Source of the DNA: Felis catus
Taxonomy: Eukaryota
Assembly (NCBI RefSeq): GCF_018350175.1
Contig: NC_058368.1
Coordinates: 108,874,001 to 108,938,000, forward strand
Length of the DNA: 64,000 nt
Reading direction: 5' to 3'
In this document: one piece after another, positions 1 to 12,916 of the stretch
How the letters are laid out: each line of letters starts with the position of its first letter
How positions within the stretch are numbered: position 1 is the stretch's first letter
Notes under the pieces: model-generated
What the model saw: only the letters and a program-made list of their open reading frames with translations
Told to the model about the DNA's origin: nothing
The model's database searches: none
Position numbers and translations under genes: made by a program

Positions 1-435
1 TCCTAGGGCTGCCATAACAAATTACCACAAACTGGTTAGCTTAAACAAAAGAAGTTTATTCTCTCACAGTGCTGCAACCAGAAGTCTAAAATTAAGACAT
101 CAGCAGGCTACACTCTCTCCAAAGTCACAATGGGAGAATCCTTCCTTGCCTCTTCCAGCCTGGTGGCTCCAGGCTTGCCGTGGCTTCCTGGGCAATATTG
201 TTCCCATTTCTGTGTCTGTTTTTACAGAGCCTTTTCCTTTTCTCTGTCTTATCTTCTTCTGTCTCTTATAAGGACACCTGTCATTGGATTTAAAACCCAA
301 TGGATAATACAAGATGCGCCATCTTGAGACCCTTAGCTTAATTATATCTGTAATGACTCTTTTTTCAAATAACGTCACACTCACAAGGTCTGGGGGTTAA
401 GATGTGATGTATCTTTTGGGGGATACTGTTCAACC
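1..435 (-). mobile_element. MaLR LTR (MLT1-like)
   Basis: tcctagggctgccataacaaattaccacaaact...tttattctctcacagt...ataaggacacctgtcattggattta, typical antisense MLT1. Confidence 0.8.
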
Positions 436-1881
436 TATTTAATCATGCAATGAATTATTATTCAGCCATAAAAAGAAATGAAGTAGTGATACATCCTACA
501 ATATGGATAATCTGGAAACATTCTCCTAAGTGAAAGAAGGCAGACACAAAAGACTACACACTATATGATGCCAATTATATGAAATTTCCAGAATAGGCAA
601 ATCCACAGAGACAGAAGGGAAATTAGTGGCTTCCAGGAGCTAGAGGAAGGGGAAATGAGGAGTGACTCTTTAATGAGTACAGGGTTTCCTTTGGGGTTGA
701 TGAAAATAAAGTGGATGATAAAGTGGAAAGTGGTGATGGCTGCACAACATTATAAATGTACTGAATGTCACTGAATGCATTATAGGACTCCAAAGACTTA
801 CTGTAAAGCTACAGTAATTATGACATTGTGGTATTAGTGAAAGTATAACCACATAGATTAATAGAAAGGAACAGAGACCAGAAATAGACCTATGTATCTA
901 TGGTCACTTTATTTCAACAATGTTTCAAAGGCAATTTAACAGAGAAAGAAAACTGTTTTCAACAAATGGTGCTGGAACAATTGGTTATCGACAAGAAAGT
1001 AAATAAATATATAAATAAGCCTCAATCCTTACCTCACATGATACATGAAACTGACTCAAAATGGATCAAAGACATAAATGTAAAATCTAAAACCATAAAA
1101 TTTCTGGAGGGAAACAGAAGAGAAAATCTTTGTGACCTTTGATTTGGCAAAGATTTCTTAATTAGGCAAAGATATAACACAAAAATCATGATCCATAAAA
1201 ATAATAAATTAAACAAGGTAAATACTGGGAGAAGTTACTTGTAAAATATATATGATTTAAAAATCCTGTACCCAGCAGATATAAAGAATTCTAAAAACTC
1301 ACTAAAAAAATACACAACTTAATATGTTAAATAGACTGAAGAGCTAAATTGATATTTCAACAAAGAAAACCTACAGAAGGCAAATAAGCACATGAAAAAA
1401 TAATGACTATCATTAATTATTAAGGAAATGGAGATGATAAGATACCACTACACAGCTATAATGACTTAAATAAAAAGTAAAATGACAATACTCTTCTATA
1501 AACCTAAAATTACCTAAAAATAAAAGTAAAAAATGTAAGATAACAATGGAATATACATTGAGAGAGAAATATATAAACTGAAACATAAGATGAGCCTGCA
1601 GGCATCTTTTGGTCCGAGAAAGTAATAAAGTGCTTTAAAAAAAAAATGGAGGCACAATGAAAGAACACAGGAGACCACCTAAAAAAGCTCAAAATGGACA
1701 AAGTTGGAAAAACCTGGGCAACAAAGTGTATAACAAAAATACTAGAGAATAGCATAGAGAATAAAATAAATAACTATGACTGCATGGTGATATACAGAAA
1801 TGATTAAATAAGCAAAGAAATGAGGAAAAAGTGACAAAAGGTCCTAATGGAAAAATTGCAATTAATATAGGTAGAAGAATA

Positions 1882-2140
1882 GGGGTGCCTGGGTGTCTTA
1901 GTCAGTTAGGCATCTGACTCTTGATTTTGGCTCAGGTCATGGTCTCACAGTTTGTGAGATCCAGGCCTGTGTCAGGCTCTGCACTGATAGCATGGAGCCT
2001 GCTTGGGATTCTCTCTCTCCCTCTCTCTCTTCCCCTTCCCCACTCTCTCTCTCTTTCCTGAAATGAAATGAAATGAAATGAAATGAAATGAAATGAAATG
2101 AAATAAAATAAAATAAAATAAAATAAAATAAAATAAATAT
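1882..2140 (+). mobile_element. Can-SINE with (GAAAT)n(AAAAT)n tail
   Basis: ggggtgcctgggtg..tcagtt head, CT tract, pentamer tail. Confidence 0.92.
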
Positions 2141-3347
2141 AGAAGAAATGAGGGAAATAGAAAATCACCACCAGAACACTACAGTTATAATTCCTGTAGT
2201 GAAGAATTACCAATGGATGGTAAAATTAGCAGGTTAATGTTTAAACAAGAACAGGGTATTTGCAAAGTCTGAAAGTATCCCCCCCACCACCAAATATTTA
2301 GTGATTACAAGGAGAAAAATAGTAACTCTGCAGTGGAGAATCCTAACAAACACCATCTTAAGCAAGCCCCCAGTCACCCATAGTGATGTCAGGTACGACG
2401 TCAGGTACTCCTTGATAGGTAACACCAAGAAGAGAACAACACCTCTGTGACATTGTTCCCAATAATGTATAAGCCCAATCTCATCATGAGAAAACATCAA
2501 ACAAATGCAAAATGAAAAATAAAAGACACTTTACAAAATAAGTAACCAGGATTATGGAAAATTGTTATGGTCATGAAAGACAAGGATGACTGAGGAACTA
2601 TCACTGACTGAAAGAAGCTAAAGGAACACAACAAAAAAATGAAATGTGGTACCCTAGACTGGATCTTGGAACAGAAACAGGACAATAGTGAAAAACATCT
2701 GAATAAATTCATTACTTTGGTCAATAGTATGGCACCCAAGGCAATGTCTTTGCTTTAATAAACATCTAATAGTCATGTAAGATGTTAACATAAGAGGAAG
2801 CTATACATGAAAATGCTTTGTACCATTTTTGTAACCTTCTATAAATCTAAAATTACCTAAAGATAAAAGCAAAAAATATAAAATAACAATGGCATATACA
2901 TTGAGAGAGAAATATATAAACTGAAAGTATTCTATGGTCCTTGCACAATCTAGGAAGAAGTAGAACTACCAAATAACATAATAAAATGGTAAACAAAAAA
3001 TGTACGTCATACTTTCTAGGGTAGCTACTTAAAGACCAGCTAAGAGTTTAGTAACATCCAAGATAGCAGAATGAGAAAATGGAATAATAAAATGAAAGTT
3101 AAAATAAAGCAAAGATAAAAAAAAAAAAAAAAGAGAGAGAGACAGAGACATGAACAAGTGGAAAAAAATGAAAGCCACTTAGGAAAATAGTAGATTAAAA
3201 GCCAAATATGTGAATAATTAAATTAATTGAAAGTATACTAAATGCTAAACAATGTAGGACTGCATTGAAACATCCAACTATATAATGTAAATAAGAGACA
3301 TACAGAAGAGGTAAGGAGAGTTTAAAGTAAAAGAATGTAAAATGACC

Positions 3348-3565
3348 AGGGCGCCTGGGTGGCTCAGTCGGTTAAGCGTCCAACTTGGGCTCAGGTCATT
3401 ATCTCATGGTTTGGGAGTTCAAGCTTCGCATTGGGCTCCATGCTGTCAGTTTAGAGCCTGGAGCCTGCTTCAGATTCTGCATCTCTCGCTCTCTGCCCCT
3501 CCCCCACTCACGCTCTGTCTCTGTCTCTCAAAAAAGAATAAACGTTAAAAAAATTACAAAAAAAA
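3348..3565 (+). mobile_element. Can-SINE
   Basis: Canonical head; TSD aagaatgtaaaatgacc. Confidence 0.95.
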
Positions 3566-4195
3566 AAGAATGTAAAATGACCTACTATGCAAACATTAGC
3601 CCAAGAAATCTGATGAAACCATGCAAGTATCCAACAAGGTAAACTTGGAGACAAAAATTACTGCTAAAGATAAAAATGGTAAGTGTGTCATAATGATAAA
3701 AGTTAAATTCATGTGGTAGATTTAACAATTCTAAATTTATATGTACCTAACCTCAAATATATACAAAGCAAAAATTAACCAAAATATAAGGATAATTAGA
3801 GAAAGCTGCAAACATACTGGGAACTTAACAAATCTTTCTCAGTAACTTACCGAGAAAGCAGGTAAAAAATTCAGTAAGGATACAGAATATTTGAACATTA
3901 TGATTTATAAATATAACCTAATTAATGTCCACAGAACATTACTCCCAGATCTATACCATATACATTCTTCCTAAGTTCACTTTGAATATTTTCAAAACTT
4001 AACCACTGTTGGATCACTAAGCAAATTTTAAGAAATTTTAAAGGATTGAAAACAGACATTATATTTTCTGGTCAAAATATAATTAAATTAGGAATTAATA
4101 ACAAAAGATTAAAAATTTCAAAAATCTGGAAACTAAGAAATAAGCTTCTAAATAATCTATAGGTTATAGAACAGAACACATAGAAAATAAAAAAT

Positions 4196-4420
4196 AGGGC
4201 ATCTGGGTGGCTCAGTCAGTTGAGCATCTGAATCTTGATTTCAGCTCAAGTATCATGATCATGGTCATGGCAGTCATGGTCATGGTCATGGGATCAAGCC
4301 CTGCATCGGGCTCAACACTGAGCATGGGCCTGCATGAGATTCTCTCTCTCCCTCTCTAGGACCCTCACCCTGACTGCCTGCTCCTCTCTCTCTCTCTCTC
4401 TAAAAAAGAAAGAAAGGAAA
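4196..4420 (+). mobile_element. Can-SINE
   Basis: gggcatctgggtggctcagtcagtt head, internal (catggt)n repeat, CT tract, A tail. Confidence 0.9.
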
Positions 4421-5284
4421 AAAATATGTTGGACTGAGTAATAACAACAATGTAATATATTAACACTTGCAAGATTCAGCTAAAGCCATGCAGCCTAAAG
4501 CTAGAGGTAAATGTATTAATTAGTTTGCGGGTGACTGCTGAAAAGTGTTCTATTTTGCTAGGCTGCCTCTTTTCAGTCCTCTGGCTAGAGGACACAGGGT
4601 TTTCTTTGTTTTTTTTTTTCTGTTTGTATCTGTTGGCCTTCCCAGGTTGCTGGCTTCTCCAGTACCAAGTCTGAGCTGTATGAAGCAAAAGAAAAAAAAA
4701 ACCCAGAGAACTCACTGCAATATCATTCCTTGTGTTCCTAGCTGGTCTGCCTTCTTCTCTCTACCTTTCAGAATGTTCTTATGTTTGTTTTAAATATAAT
4801 GTCCAGGGTTTTTAGCTATACTTAGTGAGAGAAATAAGGAAAACTACTTCTGCTCCACCTTTCCAGACAAAGAAGTCTCTCAGAAGGGGCTTTTAAGGTA
4901 CTGACTTTATTGCCCTCTTTCTTAACTTGGGTGGTGGTTACACCTTACTATTCTTTAAGCTTCTATGATTTATGCATGCCCCCATGTATACATTTCACAA
5001 TTTGAAAATAAGCAGCTTTGTAAATTGTTACAACATTGCAGTTCTCATAATCCTCTCTGAGGCAAGGAGAAAACATCTCTTTCACTTTGCAGCAGGGATA
5101 CTCAAGCTTGGAAAACAAAGAGAAAGAATACTGGACCTAGGTCAAGAACCCAAGGCCAGGGCTCTTAACCACTAAGACATTCACTACTCAAACTCCTCAG
5201 TTTGGCCTTCATAAAGAATAAAAGATGTTGAGCTTGATAAAATTTCTTTACTCTTAGAATCACACCCAAAATAAGGCTCTTCAG

Positions 5285-5650
5285 GCTTCTCGCAAGGACA
5301 TGTTATTTTTTGGTTAAACCTTCAAACAATGGAAATGCCAAATAAATAAATGTGTAAATGAAGTATTGGAAGTTGGATTTACTAAAATATGTTACAAAAC
5401 CACTACAAGGCACTAGAAAGCTTGACTCTACAGCCACTCTGACCCTGTCCTCTGGGTACAGAGTTATCATAGACTAACCAGAAAGATTGCCCGATAAGTA
5501 TGGATTCAGCTCACCTGGGACTTGCTCTAGTCTGCCTTCCCTCTGCTCCAGACCTACACTCTTTTAAATTCTCACCTGAATGGGGCTGGAACACAGAAGG
5601 GTAAAAAAATAATGGGCTTAGGGCCAAGAGGGAAAGGACAAAAAAGGATG
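5285..5650 (-). other. P4HA2-like 3' UTR remnant with degenerate polyA signal (AATAAC)
   Basis: The sequence after the stop (catccttttttgtcctttccc...) and near 5285-5320 (accaaaaaataacatgtcc...gaagcc) resembles the start and end of the P4HA2 3' UTR as I recall it. Confidence 0.6.
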
Positions 5651-5722
5651 TCAGCCAATTTCTGTTGATCCACATGGCCTCAAGAACTCTTGCCCTCGCT
5701 CATGGAAACCACTTCATAGAAA
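5651..5722 (-). pseudogene. P4HA2: P4HA2-like terminal coding exon (V)SMKWF[+1]HERGQEFLRPCGSTEIG*
   Basis: Reverse complement reads TT TCT ATG AAG TGG TTT C CAT GAG CGA GGG CAA GAG TTC TTG AGG CCA TGT GGA TCA ACA GAA ATT GGC TGA, against recalled P4HA2 VSNKWFHERGQEFLRPCGSTEVD*. 1-nt insertion; acceptor lacks AG (ctttctccctgttcacca|TT). Confidence 0.93.
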
Positions 5723-6478
5723 TGGTGAACAGGGAGAAAGTGTATTACAGTCTTGTCATTCAGTAGCCAAAATTGATAATCCCTTCAACCCAGGTTCTGT
5801 TCCGGGCCCTGGAATTAGACTTGAGAAAGTCAAGTCTCACATCCCAAGCTGCTCATGAGCCAGTGAGGAAGACGAATAAAAAGATAATTGTACCTAATTC
5901 TGCCAGTGACACAAGACAGGTGTGTAGAGGTTGCCATGGGAGCAGAGTCAGGAGCATCTCACCAGGTAAGAGAAGAAAAGAAGACCCCAGGGCTGGGACA
6001 TGAAGCTGAACAGCAGTTCTTGAGGAAAAAAGATGGATATATCAGATGGTTCCTATATCAAAGGGTTCCAGAAGGTAGGAACAGGATAAGACAGACATCA
6101 AGGAATGAACCATCCTGGTGTGTATCCAAGCATCTTGATACTAGTGGGATGTGACAAGTGGGAAACAAGACATAGAAGATAAGGATGAGGAGGCCTGTCA
6201 TCCTTATGACAGGAGGCCTGACTATGGGGGCTTGGACATCAACCTCAGGACCTGGGGGCCAGCAGTTCTGATCTGTGTGCTGTGGGTAGCAGAGTAACAG
6301 GGCTGGTGCTAGCACTGCCTGTCACCTAGAGCTGTGCTCCAGTTGCATGTAAACTACAATATCACTCCTCAACATAGACTCTTTCATAATGAATGAAAAA
6401 TAAACTGATTTTACTACACTAATGAAGTCATAGTACTTTCAGACTATAATTTAGTATTTTATTTTTTAAAGTAATACA

Positions 6479-6645
6479 TGGCTCAGTCAGTTGACTCTTG
6501 ATTTCAGCTCAAGTCATGATCTCACGGTTCGTGAAATCGAGCCCTACCTCATGCTCTGTGCTGACAGCACGGAGACTGCTTAGGATTCTTTCTCTCCCTC
6601 TCTCTCTCTGCCCCTCCCCCCATCAAAAATAAATATATGAAAAAA
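6479..6645 (+). mobile_element. Can-SINE (5' clipped)
   Basis: ggctcagtcagtt...ctctgtgctgacagc, CT tract, A tail. Confidence 0.85.
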
Positions 6646-7720
6646 TTACCTAATACTTGTAGTTAGTTGAAAAAAATCAAGCAGTAGTACAAAGGAATAT
6701 CTCACCTTCCCCTTCTACCACCAATCCCACCTACAGAGCACATTCAAACTTTTAACTTGTTTCTTTTGATATTTATCCTCATTTTTCTAAACACAGTACC
6801 AATAATGCTATTTCTTGACTTTCAATTTTAGATCTAATATATTTATGGTCTACTATGGAAGATGGAGATTTGGAATTTTTAACACCACGCCAAAAGTATA
6901 TTTCCCTTTCTCATTCCCCGATAGTTAAATTACAAGTTTTAATTAAAATGGTATTCAATGCTTACATTATTATGTCACATAAATGTGCTCACACCTGAGC
7001 CGTCTAGTAGAGTATACTGACATTTCTTATATAACTTTCCCCCCCTGAAGTCAGCAATTCCCTTTTGCTGAATTTCTGTGAACCTATCATTATTATCCCT
7101 AAAACTCTCTAGGAGGGTATCAACTTGTCTCTTTGCAATCACTTCTTGTCACATCTTGGTTCAAGCCTCTTCATGGCTCACCACAGCTGCTTCCAGAACA
7201 AAGTTCAAGCTTTACCCTCTGCAGTTTGGTCTCAGACTCAAGCCTCATCTTCTGGACCCTGTGTCTTCCCTTATCCAGTGATAAAAGCAGCTGGTTCCCA
7301 CATTTATGATGCCAATTTTAGCTTGGTCCTTGTTCCATGGAGGCCTAGCTTGCCTGGGACACCTCTTTCCCTCTCTGATTCTAGTTCTCCCCCCATCCAC
7401 TGCTCCCTTATCCCTTGCCAGACTGCAAGGATCCACTCTTCTTGACAGTCCTATTCAAAATGTCTTCCCTGGACTCCCACAGTATTCTCAGAATACTCAA
7501 GTGGCACTCAATCAGCTGTCTTGGTACTCTCAACCAACTGAGTGGGTAAAGGGCTGATGGATGAAAGAGGTTTCTAAAATGGTTAGTGTAGAAAATTCTA
7601 CACAAGTAAACTGTCTTGGCTTTATCAGAACTTGGCAACAGTTTAATCCCAGCTCAGAATCTAGGACCAACCACCCAGTCTGAGACCGCCATGCCTAACC
7701 TCACATCTTAGACTACTCAC

Positions 7721-7815
7721 CCCACTTACAGCCCAAAAGCACATGGCAGGCAGAATCTCATTAGGTGGTCACCTTTCCCACTCCTCAGAAGGTTATATCC
7801 AAACAAGGCTGTCTC
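7721..7815 (-). pseudogene. P4HA2: P4HA2-like penultimate exon ETALFGYNLLRSGKGDHLMR[-2]ACHVLLGCKW
   Basis: ttctttccag|GAGACAGCC...TGTAAGTGGG|gtgagt; 95 nt against 97 expected for GTAVFWYNLLRSGEGDYRTRHAACPVLVGCKW+1. The 2-nt deletion falls at the distal His-Ala codons. Confidence 0.93.
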
Positions 7816-8332
7816 CTGGAAAGAAATGGCCTATTAAAACACATTGTAGAGCTGGTTTTGAGGGAACAAATCACAGAGGGTCCCTGAAAGACACAATTTC
7901 TGAATTCCAAAGAAGATGCCATGTGTGATGAGCATGGGATTTGTTTTTATTCAGGGAAAGTCTTTAGCTCCATATACTCACCATCTCAGCTCCACAAAGT
8001 CTCTGGGACCTAACCATGGAGTGCTGCTGAAACTCGAACCTGAAAGAAAACATTCTCACTTGCTTCTGTACAAGGGGACAGAGCTCTGCAAGTTCAGGAA
8101 CACTTCCCAAGTAGCATCTACCCTCACTATTGTGATGAATAATCTGGAAACAAACCTGTCCTTGAAGGAGCTCCTGCTCATTCACCCCAAGTAGGGACCA
8201 CAAGATTGGAGTCTAGGCTGGACATTCCTGAGGACATCACAGTCACAGTCAAGTAAGCCAAGGAATGGGTCAGGGAAATGGACAAGGGCAGAGCCCCGAA
8301 GCAACCAGTGACCTACAAAGAATAAAACTTAC

Positions 8333-8401
8333 CTTCTTGGGCAAAATCATACCACCCATGTCCGGTAAGACAGTGGCACCACCAGCTTCTGCATCACTCA
8401 T
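8333..8401 (-). pseudogene. P4HA2: P4HA2-like exon MSDAEAGGATVLPDMGGMILPKK
   Basis: ttgttttctcag|ATGAGTGAT...CCCAAGAAG|gtaagt; 69 nt, open frame, matches recalled MSDVEAGGATVFPDLGAAIWPKK. Confidence 0.95.
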
Positions 8402-8672
8402 CTGAGAAAACAAAGCACAATGGTTGACCCTTCTCACCTGAGGCTCTCAGACTTTATATGCCACTTGATCCACACAGGAGGCGGTGTGCACCATGCTATT
8501 TTTTTCACCACCACAAATGGCCAGCCCTCAACGAAGATCAAGTTGGGTAAGTACTTTCTGATTATTGACTCTGAGGCCTTTCTCTCCCAAGAAGGGAGAA
8601 GTGTTTCCTAGAACAGTTTGGTTTCTGTTAACACTGTCCCTGTAGGTCCTTCTCCCAGCCCTAATTCCCCTC

Positions 8673-8888
8673 TTTTTTTTTTAAGTTTATTTATTTTTGA
8701 GAGAGAGAGACAGAGAGAGAGAGCATAAGCAGGGAGGGGCAGAGAAAAAGAGGGGGACACAGAATCCAAAGCAGGCTCCTGGCTCTGAGCTGTCATCACA
8801 GAGCCCGATGCAGGGCTTGAACTCACAAATTGAGATCATGAATTCAGCCAAAGTCAGATGTTTAACTGACTGAGCCACCCAGGTACCT
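8673..8888 (-). mobile_element. Can-SINE
   Basis: Antisense SINE; TSD taattcccct / taactcccct. Confidence 0.92.
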
Positions 8889-9859
8889 TTAACTCCCCTA
8901 TCTCTTAAAGCTCTCAACCTGGCAGAGGTGCTCATCCTTTGCTCCAAAAGGATTCATTATCACTTACTATGCAGTAAAACAATCTCCAATCCTGGCACAC
9001 AGTGACAAATAAAAGAGCCACATGCATTCCCTGCCTCATAGTTGAGAGCTCTCAGGTGTGCAGTATGGTTTTCAACTTTGCTTCTGACCCAACATACTCT
9101 GTCTGTCAGAAGGAATGACCACTGCATTCATATACATGGAAGGGGTCTTGAGACTGCCAGAGGAAGACACTGAGGCCAGTGATCTTTACTGGAGTCTTAA
9201 CTTTAAAGGAGTCATTGCCAGAGTCCAAGTGGACAATACTTAAGCCAGTGCTCATTTTACACTTCTCAGCCAGCTAATTCATTATTTTAAAGGTACCCTT
9301 ATCTGGACTGACCACCATTCTGTTCCCATAAACATCAGGATTCACCTAATATCCATGGGTTACAGTACTATCTGGTCCCGAGCTCGTAAAACCCTGTTGC
9401 TTTCCCTTTCTTATGTTGGTGCCTTGGCCCTTCAGCTCACCTCTGCAGGCCTCAAGCAAAGGCCCCTAGCTTTCTTCCAAATGCCTCTTTCTTGGGATCC
9501 GTGAGAAAGGTTCTAGAGACACTACTTGGCCCACTTTACCCTTCCCTGAGGTTTGGCAGCAAGAAATAGCACCAGAAGAATCACTGGGCCACATTTTGTC
9601 TGTAACTGACCCAGGAGAAGCTGATCCAATGCTTCCTTGCCAGGATTACTTTGAAAAGAAAGATTATTTTGGACATATATTAATTCATGTTCTTCTGCCC
9701 CTTGAAATCTAATACTTCTCCCTTTCTCTGCCTCCTTTTGGCCAATCAGCCCAGAGCTCACACAATGAAGCCTATGATGTAGACAGGGTGATAAGCCATC
9801 CAGATGCTTCTTTCTGGATTGAGGTACTTAGTAATTCTTGAAGCTGCTGGGAGTATGGG

Positions 9860-10415
9860 TTGCTGGGGCCCAGAGCTATGTTCCTTTCTGGACATTGCCT
9901 TTATCTGAAGAGAAATGTCTCTGCTACAGTTATCCAACAGCCCTGGGAGGATCTGTATTCAATGTTTGGCCTAGGTACCTTGCCTCAATTTAGGGCAATT
10001 GTAAAGGGCATTCCCAGTTCAAGAGCTCCTTATGGGATTGACTGCAGGTCTAAGTTCCAACTGCATCATAGTTTACCTTATTGTACCATTCAGCCCTGTT
10101 TCTCCCAGTGCCTTACAGGTGTTACTCCAAAATGCAAATCTCCAGTTCAGAGTCTTTACCTAGGTAAACTGACCTAAAATCAGTTGGTACCAAGTGGTCC
10201 TTAGACAGATTTTAAAATGGTGTTTTGGCACTGGATCATCTTTCTGGTGACTAGCAATGAAGACCCCATCAATAATGATAGCTGGAATAGTGATAACTCC
10301 TGGTATGATGTAGTGCTATATTTGTTCACACTTTTATAATGGTAAATTGGGATGGGATATGAGTGGAAAGGAATGCAATGGCTAGTGAAATATCCCAGGT
10401 AATTGCAGGATACAG
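9860..10415 (+). mobile_element. Old ERVL-type LTR 3' end plus start of internal sequence
   Basis: cttacaggtgttactcc...cagagtct...gacctaa followed by agttggtacca, resembling an LTR16/ERVL junction. Confidence 0.4.
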
Positions 10416-10418
10416 GGG

Positions 10419-10730
10419 TGTGGTAGACAAATTAATGTTCCCGCCACATATGTCCCTAGAAATGAGTATGACATACTACATGGCAAATGGGAGTTAAAGT
10501 TGCAGGTGGAATAAATGTTGCTAATAAGATGACTTTAAGATAAGATTATCCCGGATTATCCACATAGGCCCAATGTAATCACAGCAGTTCTTAAAATGTG
10601 GAAGAGGGAAGCAAAAAGTCAGAGTCAGAGGAAGAATTTAAAATATTACACTGCTGGCTTTAAAGGTGGAGAACAATGTCATGAGCTAAGGCATGCAGGA
10701 AGCCTCCAGAAACTGCAAAAAGTAAGAAAC
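10419..10730 (+). mobile_element. MaLR LTR fragment (MLT1D-like)
   Basis: gattatcccggattatcc...cccaatgtaatcaca...ctgctggctttaaaggtgga motifs. Confidence 0.7.
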
Positions 10731-11099
10731 CAATTGCACAACAATGTAAGTATATTTAACACTACTGAACTGTAAACTTTAAAATGGCTAAGATGGTAAA
10801 TTTTATGTTATGCTATGTATCTAACCACAATTTTCAAAAAAGTAGGAAATGAGTCTCCAGAGGGAACAATGAATAAAGACTACAGATTTATCTCAGGAAA
10901 GTCACTGAACAAGAAAACTTAAAATAAGTAACAATACAAACAAACCTGGGGGATTGGGAGAGTCTGATTTGCATACTAACACATTGCTCAATTTTCAACA
11001 AAATTACCAGACATGCAAAGAAACATGAAGATGGCCCATACACATGAAAGAAAACAATCCATAGAAACCATCTCTGAGGACTAGGAAAATACTTAAAAA

Positions 11100-11191
11100 A
11101 ATTGTTTAATGTTTGTTTATTTTTTTAATTTATTTGGGAGGGGGGTAGGGAGAACACAAGCAGGGGAGTGGGGAAAAGAGACACAGAGTGA

Positions 11192-11252
<61 letters not shown>

Positions 11253-11379
11253 AATCCCAAGCAGGCTCTGCACTGTCAACACAGAGTCTCACATGAGGCT
11301 CAAACTCAAACCGTGAGTTCATGACCTGAGCCAAAACCCAGAGTTAGGTGCTTCACTGACTGAACCACCCAGGCAACCC
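11100..11379 (-). mobile_element. Can-SINE with long (GA)n
   Basis: Antisense head ...tgactgaaccacccaggcaaccc. Confidence 0.9.
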
Positions 11380-11586
11380 AGACTAGGAAAAGACTTTAAA
11401 TCAGCTACCTTAAACATGCTCAAAGAACAAAAGGAAACCATCTCTAAAGAACTAAAAGAAACTATGATAATGATGTGTCACCAATAGAGAATATCAATAA
11501 AAAGACAAAACTCTTCAAAAAAATTGAAATCTTGGAGTTAAGTTCAACAACTGAAATTTTAAAAATTAATTAGAAGGTCTCAATAG

Positions 11587-11589
<3 letters not shown>

Positions 11590-11626
<37 letters not shown>
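11590..11626. repeat. (TG)n microsatellite
   Basis: Perfect dinucleotide run. Confidence 0.95.
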
Positions 11627-11630
<4 letters not shown>

Positions 11631-11649
11631 CACACACATACATATATAT

Positions 11650-11846
11650 AATGTTTATTTTTGAGAGAGACAGAGACAGAATGCAAGTGGGTTAGGGACA
11701 GAGTGAGAGGGAGACACAGAATCCGAAGCAGGCTCCAGGCTCTGAGCTTCAGCACAGAGCCCAACGTGGGGCTCGAAGTCACAAACTGTGAGATCATGAC
11801 CTGAGCTGAAGTTGGACACTCAACGACTGAGCCATCCAGGCTCCCC
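11650..11846 (-). mobile_element. Can-SINE
   Basis: Antisense SINE whose tail carries a (TG)n run; TSD-like tctcaatagcat / tctcaacagcat. Confidence 0.9.
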
Positions 11847-12725
11847 TCTCAACAGCATATATAACCTGACAGAAGAAATATCAGCAAACTTGCAATTATC
11901 CAGTCTGAGGAACAGAAAGAAAAAGAATGAAGAAAAATTAAAAGAGCTTCAGAGACCTGTGGGAAACCATCCAGAGTCTTAGAAGGAAAGAAGAAAGAGA
12001 AAGAGACATAAAGAACATGTGAAGAAGTAACAGCCAAAAACTCCCAAAGTTTCATGAAAAACCATAAATTTACAACTCCAAGACAAGAGTGCAAGAGTGT
12101 TCTGGAAGCAGAACACTTAAAGAGGCATAAAATTCCCTATGCTCATTTTGTAATTAATGACTTTTTCCCCTAATTTATCTTGGAGATGACAGGAAATTCA
12201 TTATTGTGACTATTGTCCATTGTACTAAAATAGACTATCCATGTCCGTTTTCCAAACTATTAGCACGCACTGCAACAATCTGAACAAATGGTCACGCTCA
12301 AAATATTCCTGAAAGAAAACTCCTGCCCAAATCAGCTGAGGCCTCACACTGATTAAGAAATGCCACTGTAGTTTTTTTTATTTAAGTCAAATTATAAAAT
12401 GCTTAAAAAAACAAAAAAACACCTCCTTGTCCAAGTCACGGTTTTGTCTTGTTTTTGTTTGTTTTTGTTTGTTTTTGTTTATCAATGATGCTATTGTTAA
12501 AGGAAAAGAGAAGGATCTTCATATGGTACCAACTTCAAATTGAGTAAAGGAGTATGACTGAATGTCAATATTGCTCATCATTTCTTTTCAAAAGGAATGA
12601 GTAAGGTTAATGAGTCAGAAATCTTTCCTCTTTGAAGCAGTCACCAATTATGAGCAAAATTCTCTGAAAAAGTCCCTGACAAAAGTAGAGGTATAAATAT
12701 GCTATAACTTTGGAAATAAGAAATC

Positions 12726-12916
12726 TTTTTTTAATATTTTATTTATTTTTGAGAGAGAGAGAGGGAATGAGTAGGGGAGGAGGAGGGGGGGGGAAAGAGG
12801 ATCTGAAGCAGGCTCTGTGCTGACAGCAGAGAGCCCAACATGGGGTTCAAACCCACAAACCACAAGATCATGACCTGAGCTGAAGTCAGACACTCAATCT
12901 GAGCCACGAGGCACCC
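12726..12916 (-). mobile_element. Can-SINE
   Basis: Antisense SINE; TSD ttggaa(a/t)taagaaat. Confidence 0.9.

Larger units (their letters stand above)
440..4530 (+). mobile_element. Patchwork of old L1M fragments (3' ends and ORF2 pieces) with SINE insertions
   Basis: L1M 3' motif tattcagccataaaaagaaatgaag at ~458; ORF2-like ORF 900..1142 (KWIKDINVKSKTIKFLE); ORF2 EN-like remnant ~3190-4530. Confidence 0.7.
10860..12090 (+). mobile_element. Old L1M 5' UTR/ORF1 fragment with two SINEs
   Basis: ORF1-like motifs (aaagaactaaaagaaactatg, agagcttcagagacctgtggga). Confidence 0.6.

Noticed and set aside
7743..7928. Plus-strand ORF ending EFQRRCHV, resembling a P4HA C-terminus
   Set aside because: Wrong strand; it overlaps the real minus-strand exon and the resemblance is coincidental.
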